From Thermoplasmata archaeon (GTDB lineage: Archaea > Thermoplasmatota > Thermoplasmata > RBG-16-68-12 > JAFNFQ01): a DNA stretch of 64,000 nt. The stretch lies in the NCBI GenBank assembly GCA_041489255.1, contig JBGPQV010000002.1, positions 191,442 to 255,441 of the forward strand, in the 5' to 3' direction. The notes under the pieces were generated by a model. That model did not search any database and was not told where the DNA came from. It saw only the letters and a list, made by a program, of their open reading frames with translations. Shown here one piece after another: positions 9,501 through 16,789 of this stretch (positions within the stretch are counted from its first letter, which is position 1; the number at the start of each line of letters is the position of its first letter). The position numbers were made by a program, and so were the translations under genes.

Positions 9501-12451
9501 TCGACAACGGGCCGTCGGACAACGATATCGACATCACTCCGGGACCGGGCAAATCGCTTGTGGTCCACCTCAACCTCACCGACAACGTATGGGATGGCCA
9601 CTCGAGCGGCACGGAAAACACTCATGGCGATGTGTATTACGAGATACGCACGGTGAAATCCGGCAAGGTCAACACTCTGCTGATGACCCCCACCGACTGG
9701 TCCACCGTCCTGAACAGCTCCTCTAGTACACTTCATCGCTTCGTCGGCGAGCAGCGGTTCGCGGTCCTCAACGTGAATGTGGCGGACTCGACCGGGGCCG
9801 AGGCATACTGGAACACCCAGGGCTTCTCTGGGTCAGGGAACGACAAGTACTTCGAAGACATCACAGGTCATAGTCACAAGGCCCTCCAGAGGACTTCCGG
9901 TCCGGACATCGAGGTCACCCAGGGCTGGTTGGGGAAAGGACTTCGTCTTGAGAACAGTCAGAACCAGTACCTGGAAGTCCTGCATGACCCCAAGCTGGAT
10001 TTCACCGGGGAGATGACGGTCTCGTTCTGGATAAACCCCGACAGGGACTACAATTCAGGTTGCTCCGTCGGCGATGACTGGGAATGGGCCGTAGGGAAGG
10101 ATGACGGATGGTGGATCGGCTACTATTGCGGGTCGGTCAAGGGCATCAAGTTCCAGGTCTATGAGAGTCCGCAAGTCCAGCACGAGGTAACAAAAGCTGT
10201 CAACTTGGAGCAGGGCTCGTGGTATCATATAGCCGGAATCTACGATGGGACGAGCCTCACGGTCCACATCGTGGACATTAACGGAGCAGGCGATTTGGTG
10301 CAGTCGTCTGCCACGGCGCCGTTCCTCATGAACATGAACGAGAACGACATCTGGATCGGCAAGCTCCGCAGTCGCTACTTCGATGGCCGTCTGGACGAGG
10401 TCGCCCTCTATGCGAGGGCTCTGAAATCGGAAGAGGTCACATCCGTGAACGAGAAGATGCTTGACCTGGACATGGATACGAGGACCCGGGATGTCTATGC
10501 TCGCCAATTTAAGGACCTGTCCGGTCACGGAAACGATGCTGGAGTCGGGGGAGGCACCGGGTCGATCGACGACATCATGACGATCGAGGGGCGTAGGGGA
10601 CTGGCATTCGGGCTCAAGGGCGGCGCCAGCATGTGGGTCAGCGAGCCCGGTTTGGACGTGGACCGTCTGACGCTCGCGGTATCCTTGTGGTGGCGTGGCG
10701 GGACCGCCACCCAGTCGATCGCGCGCGGGGATGGCATGTACTCTTTGAGCATAGGGGGCGACGGAACGGTCATGTATGGTCTCGGGAGGCAGGGCGTCTC
10801 ATACATGCCCGTATCAACAGGCTATAAGCTCCCACCGGGCGAGTGGCACATCGTCGCCCTCACCTATGACGGCATGAACGCGTATGTGTATGTCGACGGC
10901 GAGAAGGTGCACTCCAACGAGGGGCTTTCCGTCGACCCGATCGGCTTGTCCCACCCATCATCACCGCAGTTATGCCTGTTCTACTGCACTGGCGGCACCC
11001 CATTCAATGGCTATATGGACGACCTCACGCTCTGGAACAGGTCGATGAGCCAAGGAGAAATCCGCGCGCTCAACTACCTCGACAGAGGGCTGAACGGCAT
11101 CGTCGTGCCGAGGGGCCTCTTCTTCCAGTCGCAGTTCTTCGTATCGCTGAATGATACGAGCACGTTCGGTTCCGGGAACCCGCTCATGGGATCCACAGCC
11201 ATGGGCAACGGCAATCCTCTCGAATTGCACTCCAAGACGATACAGCAGCTGATAGCCGCCAACCTCACCCTGGCGCAGGCGTGGACGTGGATAGACCAGC
11301 TCATGAGGAACGAGTCCGGGAACGTGACGTCGTTCCCCCTCGTCGTCACGAAGGAGGTCTACACCATGGGCTTCGACTCCATGGTCATGAACGTCCTGCC
11401 CAACGTGACCGTCGAGAACAGCGGGAACCATTCGATGCCGCCGCCACCGGTCCGCGACGTGTCGTTCTGGGAGGCGGCGTGGAACTCATTCACAGGCATG
11501 CTGGAGGCCGCCTGGAACGCGGTCGTGGCGGTTGCCACGTTCGTCGCCAACGTCGCCCTGGCGGTGATCAAGTGGTGCATAGACTTCGCGGTGGCGATAG
11601 CGGAGGGGAGGGGGCTGCAGTTCTTCTACGACACGGTGGTGAAGCCGTTCGTGGAGGCGATACTCGCATTCATAAGATGGGTGATTGACCTCATCAAGGC
11701 ATTGATCACCTTCTTATTCAGCCCCATAATCCAAGCCGTCGAAGGCTACTTCAACAGTCTTCGACACTCAATCGAAACCGCCTTCGTTGAGATAAACGGA
11801 GGGAATCCGACTCGAGAAGAGGATGCCAAGCGTGCTGCAGAAATCGTGGGATGTCTGTTTCTCGGAGGGGCATTCCTGCTTTTCTGGGCCTTGGCCCTTG
11901 CGCTATTCGCAATCGATATCGTCTCAAAGCCGTTCACCATCTTTGCCGGCATGATAATCCCGATTGTGATAGGTGTCGCTTTGGGCTTGATCTTCGGAGC
12001 TACTCTCAGTGCTGCCATTCCAGTGAGCAACAATGATGCAAGCGGAAGTCCTGACAACATCGATGCAATCCCGGAATTCGTCATCGATTACATACCCGCG
12101 GGGATATGGTGGGATGAGCGCGCGCCTCTTTCCGTCGGAAGATTCCTCACGACATTATTGGTCATGATTGCCAGGCAGACCATACTGGATGATCCTTTGT
12201 CTATAGGGGACAAGGTTACGGCGCTGGCTCTCTCCATAACGGGTTTAATCCTCTTCCTCACCTCCCCGCTCATCGGCGGAGGTGCCGGCGTGCTCGGGAC
12301 GCTTGCGGCATTCGGACTCTCCATCTTCGGTCTGCTCAAGGCTATGAGTGGAAAATTGAAGGATTTGGCCCCTCTGCTGCACAATGTTGTACTTGCGCTG
12401 GCGATAGCCTCTGTTGTCATGGGCCTGGGATCCGTATTGAGGCTTGGTTGA
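3566..12451 (+). CDS. Giant secreted multidomain protein: BNR/sialidase-like propeller, FN3 repeats, PPC-like, Ca-binding DxDGDG repeats, 2x LamG, multi-helix hydrophobic C-terminus
   Basis: GGAGGAG RBS and signal peptide; STDGGETF/STDGGSSF Asp-boxes; about five FN3-like units; DTDGDGLTD/DTDGDGFKD repeats; LamG motifs WYHIAGIYDG, FDGRLDEV, WHIVALTYDG, FNGYMDDL. Confidence 0.85.
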   Translation: MRSLAAKLASVFCVAVILTVAFQQVQKAGAPSSGQSIEMDEDWESSRPVTLSRGDSIAPSAQAVGNGMVHLAWIDTRTGSGAVYNKKSTDGGETFTSDRRISEVGSQPGAPSISVSTDGKNVAVAWDAVVEVENQTGRAVLFRQSTDGGSSFGKTTIVTFGRTPQLQSYGGDMILSFLQEDRAKGATYLRTLRVPAGVKDQGPANELLTFDTSASSLKTTVEASMVHIIWDEWMQGRETILHSSIDLSSGRVEGAHLVAIPSGTLTPESMTLTAWNRRVVVAWSETKDGVAGVYSARSGDMGVHWGSVIAVTDMKSNAANPAVMMNSTGVLTVVWQDDLKGPWQLYGRTFKDLGIPLSPATRITYGRADAMRPAMAVDGQDNIYLFWQDRRGGRTSVYMDSDLSLHRPAIGSVLVYAGRLPASAYSSPEQKSRMLFLDLLNDLRSSIVQSEEQTAAMKIRTYILPRMDGSLGGTPSDDLLVDPKAQAHLAWSFRLMLRELDPDQSGSGRTRSGSSPISGEEPLPPDTQFSYTNYAPVFNITVSDITSTTAKVSWETNPPNAYATWLNWGKNTTMGNQVFAPSGNPWNVTLSGLEANTTYYYGIQAVLQTTPPPPMHIAYDSFYTGVIIENVSYEVLSASEVTIQWKTNLPSTSVVRYNTTDAYGLVATGDNDTYHFVDLSSLDPRQTYHFQVESVAESDPILWATCADHDFTTHLEILNLTTRSSVYAFGAYHITLTWNTTRNATSEVRYGNSTLYGLQSNGTQGLIHNVTLWELRSATTYYLQARSVGLDDENDTDAEEGVPFATPPISIYNITVDATSSSAIISWETNYNGTSVVRCGETVNYTDNRTSTNGTMHSVTIDNLDTSMTYHFRVESTSLNNGNDTAIGLDRTFTTKGILVSNVQVTNIGTTSATITWSTGNDQGTTVLRYGRDSIWEHVATGANGTSHSVTLQGLLPETKYYYRAESSSLSNLNDTNVSLTNFFNTLYAPNDADSGTDAGNTIGMALPVEPGNHKGREEAVVDRNDFYRLRAGGNQTIKARLVPPANMDLDLFLYGPNQQLKASSQARGLGLQESLAYTANMDGFWFIEVRLISVQGGSSGYYTLTFNATAGSPERLVLDVGAASDTDVVGRVPGLSIDASTGWGGSTHSTSSSTATFWNIANNPWYRQAVADSTFYLSLYRNSPEKYTDWLVTFQYYCSEDVNVSLYNGAGWVNVTRMPGKGNWWTWNFILEHTLFYDYLPSTIGINVAMRFSDVVDIDNISAIAYGYATHVGHGSDDNDTLYHSPGMLTGTGWTDTGNGYRNGANCSELVMNIPDTSATYNVDFRFKGDIEKLHVEQYDGHDWLRLATLVSFGMDNYFNTNQTAYYDAYPLIPGMNLRIRFVASAIHEFTYASIHIVRWFDEVGASGDNYLWSHEPGMSLYPNSQWGPIAAIDGRQVRYGQRDAEVYLNAPLIDSDYIVYLAYKASTAGGQVKQRNGNSYQVLGDLQGDSQWHTGVFRTNLTFYRDCYGSDQLNIVLHFTVALYLDRMWAEPDQDNDHISELGETQTYPEEELPNGTTPLSFNYSGYASGLFMIYGNAGGSWMQGVDWRQEAYIDFFINNTRVGQVFRSTGKKNYHPESTPSQPKELRVGPDGIVVPRVDTYVNPDWSADFEIKFPLCSGPKTIKAESYGKPIKNSQWITSWHIARLTSQATNNDTDGDGLTDMYEACTSHTSPLAPDTDYDGLTDYDELYWFNYANSSAGGYEANVTMNITVDAFARYSIAMETTATPSGGQNVSMQVYMDGQLKESRNCTAGWTLELSGFTLSLAKGMHSLQINRGSSTGSVKVYHVWGSRSDITSPLEEDADRDFLLDGEEVKGEIGWFTDPTEPDTDGDWAPDGYEVRALKSDPMKTDTDGDGFKDSIDIDPLHDLTVQVWLKELWMTGWDQSKTYYCEVGINGDFTRTAASNGDDPDPRGNHFISKNVPDDKRDVTIVIKAFDNGPSDNDIDITPGPGKSLVVHLNLTDNVWDGHSSGTENTHGDVYYEIRTVKSGKVNTLLMTPTDWSTVLNSSSSTLHRFVGEQRFAVLNVNVADSTGAEAYWNTQGFSGSGNDKYFEDITGHSHKALQRTSGPDIEVTQGWLGKGLRLENSQNQYLEVLHDPKLDFTGEMTVSFWINPDRDYNSGCSVGDDWEWAVGKDDGWWIGYYCGSVKGIKFQVYESPQVQHEVTKAVNLEQGSWYHIAGIYDGTSLTVHIVDINGAGDLVQSSATAPFLMNMNENDIWIGKLRSRYFDGRLDEVALYARALKSEEVTSVNEKMLDLDMDTRTRDVYARQFKDLSGHGNDAGVGGGTGSIDDIMTIEGRRGLAFGLKGGASMWVSEPGLDVDRLTLAVSLWWRGGTATQSIARGDGMYSLSIGGDGTVMYGLGRQGVSYMPVSTGYKLPPGEWHIVALTYDGMNAYVYVDGEKVHSNEGLSVDPIGLSHPSSPQLCLFYCTGGTPFNGYMDDLTLWNRSMSQGEIRALNYLDRGLNGIVVPRGLFFQSQFFVSLNDTSTFGSGNPLMGSTAMGNGNPLELHSKTIQQLIAANLTLAQAWTWIDQLMRNESGNVTSFPLVVTKEVYTMGFDSMVMNVLPNVTVENSGNHSMPPPPVRDVSFWEAAWNSFTGMLEAAWNAVVAVATFVANVALAVIKWCIDFAVAIAEGRGLQFFYDTVVKPFVEAILAFIRWVIDLIKALITFLFSPIIQAVEGYFNSLRHSIETAFVEINGGNPTREEDAKRAAEIVGCLFLGGAFLLFWALALALFAIDIVSKPFTIFAGMIIPIVIGVALGLIFGATLSAAIPVSNNDASGSPDNIDAIPEFVIDYIPAGIWWDERAPLSVGRFLTTLLVMIARQTILDDPLSIGDKVTALALSITGLILFLTSPLIGGGAGVLGTLAAFGLSIFGLLKAMSGKLKDLAPLLHNVVLALAIASVVMGLGSVLRLG

Positions 12452-12452
12452 G

Positions 12453-12764
12453 ATGGCTAGCTCGATAGGCGACCGGGAAGCGGGACAAACACCGCATCGA
12501 CGGAGCGGAGAGGAGGGCGAAAGGTTGCAGGGCAGATTGGACGCTTGGGCGGGCGTATTCCTCATTGCGGTTGCCTTACTCGAGCTTGCTGCAATCCTTA
12601 ACGCGTTCTTTGGCAATGGTTGGGATCCGCTGGATATGAAAGGTGGATTCTCCAATGGCTTGAGCAGTGCATTTCTCGTTGTCCTTTTCATCGCTTGCAT
12701 GGTGTGCGGTCCTTTTCTCATTCTGAGAGGGTTGCATCGAATGCGGGGCACCAGCCTGCGTTGA
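12453..12764 (+). CDS. Small 2-TM membrane protein, candidate immunity protein
   Basis: ATG 1 nt after the stop of the giant gene (alternative start 12444 overlaps it); two hydrophobic helices. The function is inference. Confidence 0.6.
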   Translation: MASSIGDREAGQTPHRRSGEEGERLQGRLDAWAGVFLIAVALLELAAILNAFFGNGWDPLDMKGGFSNGLSSAFLVVLFIACMVCGPFLILRGLHRMRGTSLR

Positions 12765-12790
12765 GGACTGCGACTGACATGACAGGAGAA

Positions 12791-13168
12791 ATGGAACGAA
12801 CGGAGCACATGCACAGGGAAATGACGAAAGCGATTGCTGGACGTATACCGCGCCTGCCAAGAACACTTAGGACGTTCGCGGGCAACGGTTGGCCCGTCAC
12901 ACTAGAGCTTCTCTCTCCTCCCGCCACAATCGAATCCCGCCGACATTTCAAGCTGACGGTCTGGCCCGCCTGCAGGTCGCTGCGATCCATGCGCGGCAGG
13001 AAGGTTAAAGGGATTCTCATTGAACCATATCTGAATGGACCTATTGCTCTGTCGATGCGAAGGCAGAAGACGAGTCTGCCGCCTCCGTTCCTCCAATTCG
13101 TTCTTTCTTTTCGTTCTGCCAGGAGCTATCTTTTTATGGACCAAGTCAGTACAGGCAAACGTGGCTAA
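12791..13168 (+). CDS. Small hypothetical protein (possibly degenerate), paralog of 15067..15405
   Basis: AGGAGA RBS before ATG 12791; shares GxGWPxTLELLSPP...SR...K...PAC(R/K)S with the 15067 ORF. Confidence 0.45.
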   Translation: MERTEHMHREMTKAIAGRIPRLPRTLRTFAGNGWPVTLELLSPPATIESRRHFKLTVWPACRSLRSMRGRKVKGILIEPYLNGPIALSMRRQKTSLPPPFLQFVLSFRSARSYLFMDQVSTGKRG

Positions 13169-13817
13169 GAAGGCTCAAGATGCTGTGGTGGATGCCCTGA
13201 GCGCCAGATTTCCCATAGTCAGGAAATTCCGTGACCAGCCCCACCCGACGAATTGTATTGCAACATGTATCCATAATGCCCTTGTCGCTCTTGGTGACAA
13301 AACGCAGAGGCAGGATATCCAAAGAATCTCGATCAAGGAGATCAACAGGACGATAAGGCTAAAGAAGCAAATGATCCCAAATCCTCCATTCATAGTGCCC
13401 GCTTTCAACAATCACTTCGAGAAGAAGAGGTTGCGTGCTCACGAGGGCAAAGGACCGAGGATCGACATCACCGACTTGGAGAGAGTGTTGGGAAACCCGG
13501 TGGCGTCTCCTCTCATCGTCACGGTATCCCCCCATTTCTTTGAGGTGTACGGGGTCGAGGTTCCTCCACCTTTAATCGTGGCCGGAGATGAGTATGAGGT
13601 AGATCACGACATTCTCATCCTTGCCATTGACGATAAAATCTGGTTCCATGACCCTCTGGCAAACATACCGCCCCTCAGCCGGGCCAAAGCAAAACCACAA
13701 GGTCGAATGGACCTGCAGCGGTTCCTGGAGGTTTGGAAGGCGAAAGAAACAAATAGCTTCATGTGGATAGAATCGGTGTTACGTGGACCAATCGATAAAT
13801 GGACACAGGAGGAGTAG
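13161..13817 (+). CDS. C39-like (papain-fold) cysteine peptidase, stand-alone
   Basis: Q-x4-C motif DQPHPTNCIATC, His in DHDILILAID, Asp in WFHDP; GTG start about 24 nt after a TTTTTATG box; no signal peptide or ABC domain. Confidence 0.75.
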   Translation: MAKKAQDAVVDALSARFPIVRKFRDQPHPTNCIATCIHNALVALGDKTQRQDIQRISIKEINRTIRLKKQMIPNPPFIVPAFNNHFEKKRLRAHEGKGPRIDITDLERVLGNPVASPLIVTVSPHFFEVYGVEVPPPLIVAGDEYEVDHDILILAIDDKIWFHDPLANIPPLSRAKAKPQGRMDLQRFLEVWKAKETNSFMWIESVLRGPIDKWTQEE

Positions 13818-13820
13818 CCG

Positions 13821-14777
13821 ATGACGTTCGTTAGTGTTTCCCGCTATCCGAGAGAGAATGTCGAGTCTCGGTTGACGAAGTCGCTTGGACGATACGTCCG
13901 CAACGTGTTCATTGATGAAGTCGTGACGACACGAGAGGGAGTGCGCTTCGCTTCCTTGTGCGCTATACGACCGCTCTTCATCTTTGACGACCGTGAAGGA
14001 AAGGGAAGACTTCATTGGCAGGTCGCCCGCAAGTTCGACGTCGTTAAGCTCGCTGAGAGAGAAGGTAAGATTGGCTTTGAACTCGACAAGTTGACGAAAT
14101 CTGACAGGAAACTGCCCAGGGTCTTTCTTGATGATTTCCTCAAGACGGAATCTGCAATGCTGAGAAGCATCGAACACCTTCTTGTGAGAATCGACCTCGT
14201 TCAAAACGCGATGAGTCCGATCACCAAACTCGTTTCCCATGTTATTGAGCACGGTCGCGTGAGACCCACGGATTTACATCACAAGAAGGGCATCATAAGA
14301 GCAACGGAGTATTGCGATTTCCTTGTGAGCTTAGGGACTTTGAGGAAGGAGAATGGTCACTACGTTGAAGGGGGCAATTTCAGGAAAGGCGAGTTCAGGG
14401 AGATGACGGATTCCGAGTTGTTTGAAACCGTGCTTGCGGAGATCTATAAGAAAGGCTATAATTACATGAGAACGAAGCTGCACCTGACGGGTGTCGTCCC
14501 ATACCTGAATCTGTCCCATGCATACTATCGACCCAGCTCAGATTACGGCGAAATAGTCCGCGTCTCAGATGAGCAACTGTGGTATTGGTATGTGAATTTC
14601 TACGGCAAACGTCCCCCGCCGGCAACTTGCAGCGACAGGATTAGGAAGCTTTCATCGGTAGGAATCTGGGAAAGGCAAAGAGACCTGATTATAGGAAAAG
14701 AGGAAATTTTCGACCGATTCCAAGAGACTCTGGGGATTACGAATGCCACCACTGATGGTGGCCGAGCCTTGGCATAG
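13821..14777 (+). CDS. Hypothetical protein with probable winged-helix domains, in an operon with the C39-like peptidase
   Basis: GGAGGAG RBS, 3-nt gap; wHTH-like segments 'YCDFLVSLGTLRKENGHYVEG' and 'RIRKLSSVGIWERQRDLIIG'. Confidence 0.7.
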   Translation: MTFVSVSRYPRENVESRLTKSLGRYVRNVFIDEVVTTREGVRFASLCAIRPLFIFDDREGKGRLHWQVARKFDVVKLAEREGKIGFELDKLTKSDRKLPRVFLDDFLKTESAMLRSIEHLLVRIDLVQNAMSPITKLVSHVIEHGRVRPTDLHHKKGIIRATEYCDFLVSLGTLRKENGHYVEGGNFRKGEFREMTDSELFETVLAEIYKKGYNYMRTKLHLTGVVPYLNLSHAYYRPSSDYGEIVRVSDEQLWYWYVNFYGKRPPPATCSDRIRKLSSVGIWERQRDLIIGKEEIFDRFQETLGITNATTDGGRALA

Positions 14778-15066
14778 AATCCCTGACACGTATTTCGCTC
14801 CGAAATGAACGCGAGCGATGGACCGCTGATCGTCCGACGTCCGAGGAGGTCATGGTTGCCATTCTTAATCATTAAAACATCTCACGATTCCTGCATATAC
14901 ACACAGTCCGCGCGGAGCGACCGCCGTTTCGCCGTCCTTGTTATCCACACTTAGGTATAACGGATGGGTGAGGGCGAGTCCCCGTGTATCGTCTTTCCTC
15001 ATGGCGGCAGCAATCGCTTTATCCCCGTGATTCGTTCACCCCGAATGTGAAGGACTGGAGGTGACG

Positions 15067-15405
15067 ATGTCGTCCCGCCTTGATAGCCCGGAGTGGATTA
15101 AACGCAAGGATTCGACAACAGCAATGATGAGGAATCTCCCAGTGGAAAAAACGTCATCAAATAGGTTCAGAGGTTACGGCTGGCCCGCCACTCTGGAACT
15201 CCTCTCACCGCCAATCGGGAAGCCCGTAGATTCCCGCCAAACAGCCAAGATGAGTATCTGCCCCGCCTGCAAGTCGGTCCACGAGGACGGCGGTTACTAC
15301 GTCTCCGGTCATGGAGACATGGCCTCGCTCATTTTCGACACTCCCGTCATCGTCGTGGGCAATGACAACTCAGGCGAGCTGAACTCAACTCTATGCAGTT
15401 CTTGA
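15067..15405 (+). CDS. Small hypothetical protein with CPAC motif, paralog of 12791..13168
   Basis: GGAGGTGA RBS immediately upstream; conserved motif shared with the 12791 ORF. Confidence 0.55.
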   Translation: MSSRLDSPEWIKRKDSTTAMMRNLPVEKTSSNRFRGYGWPATLELLSPPIGKPVDSRQTAKMSICPACKSVHEDGGYYVSGHGDMASLIFDTPVIVVGNDNSGELNSTLCSS

Positions 15406-16276
15406 TGTGATTCATCTATCCAAAGTCGTCTATCATCGGTCTAGCGCCTGTCATCGTTCAGAGACGGTAATGGGAAGGACATTCTCAAGCGCTTGCGTCT
15501 TCAGGTTTCCTTGTTTCAATGCTGATTCAGCACTCAAACCAAAGGCTCAAGAGTGCCTGGCGAGGTCGTGATGTCGATAAGGGGAACTCGGATGGCCTTT
15601 CACCGAAAAGGATCCTCGTGAGGAATGTCGTCCTCGAAGTATGCGAAACGATCTCCCAGCAGGCGTTCGATCGCGGGGAAGTCAGGGCGCTCCTGACGGC
15701 GCTCAAGACCCAATCTGCCAAGTCCGGCTAGCATACCAAGGCGGAACTGAAAACGAAGGTGGTCCTCCTCAAGCCCGCCGAGGGGGACTTCGGCGCCTGG
15801 GGCCTCCTCCGCGAAGATTAAGGGGGAGAACTCCCGAGGGTCAGGTTTCCCGTCCTCGATTCGACCAGACCGACTCGGATGGCAATTCACAGCGACGCCC
15901 GCCACGGCTCCCAGAAACAGCTCCCGCCCAAGCGACAGCAGCGAAACCAGAGAGGCCTTTGAAAGCGTAGCCTGATCCGGCGAGACCTGCCCCCAAGTGC
16001 GTGGTCCCCCCGGCGACAGCGGTCCCCCCTCCTGCTGCGCCCGCCAAAGCCAAGCTCGCACCGAACGTCAGTCCAGCCGAGAACCCAACTCCTTCCCCCG
16101 CCAACGCCGCCATGCATTCAATTTGCGCGTATTTTCGTCACGCAGGTTCGGATGATTCGATTGACGAATTCAAAATGACCGTGGTTTATCGGTAATTTGC
16201 CGTGCTTAGCCCGGGACCCTCGTATATTTCGTGGATGCGGCGGGCACTAATACATGCAAGCTGCAATAGGGTTTCG

Positions 16277-16750
16277 ATGAAGGTGGACTACAGGCTGCAC
16301 GACGAGGAGGCAGACCTGACTATGGCGGCGCCTTGCGGGCTCTATTGCGGCAACTGCTCGATCTTCCGCACCTACTTCGATCGAGACGGCAAGAAGGCCA
16401 TGGCCCTCGCGGAGAGATTTCACTGCAAATCTGAGGACGTCAAGTGTTCTGGCTGCAGGGTCGATGCGAAGTTCTCATGGTCGTCCGATTGCGAGTTCAA
16501 ATCGTGCACGCGGGAGAAGGGTATCAAGTTCTGCTACGAGTGCGGGGATTTCCCCTGCTCGAAGATAGAGGAGTTCGCCGCGTCCGCGCCCCACCACCGC
16601 CTGATCCACGACAACTTCGCGCGTATGAAAGCAGTCGGATGGCGGCAATGGCTGAAGGAACAGGACGAGAGGTGGAGGTGCGGGGTCTGCCGGGCGAAGC
16701 TCGACTTCTACGACGAGAAATGCCCTACTTGCGGGACTCCGGCCAAGTGA
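16277..16750 (+). CDS. DUF3795-like Cys-rich metal-binding protein
   Basis: APCGLYCGNC, CSGCR, CYECGDFPC, C-terminal CxxC..CPTCG. Confidence 0.8.
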   Translation: MKVDYRLHDEEADLTMAAPCGLYCGNCSIFRTYFDRDGKKAMALAERFHCKSEDVKCSGCRVDAKFSWSSDCEFKSCTREKGIKFCYECGDFPCSKIEEFAASAPHHRLIHDNFARMKAVGWRQWLKEQDERWRCGVCRAKLDFYDEKCPTCGTPAK

Positions 16751-16789
16751 CCGCTGCGGGAAGATCCTGGGGTCGATGCACGATCCGTC

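Noticed and set aside
11460-12451. Phage tape-measure protein or prophage
   Set aside because: The amphipathic W-repeats are part of a signal-peptide-bearing surface protein, and there are no virion or integrase genes nearby.
14941-14949. DnaA box TTATCCACA
   Set aside because: Single copy in an archaeal context with no origin features; chance occurrence is likely.
15729-15970. Pyrrolysine read-through of in-frame TAGs
   Set aside because: A TAA also interrupts one frame, TAG is an ordinary stop for many core genes here, and no pyl genes are in the window.
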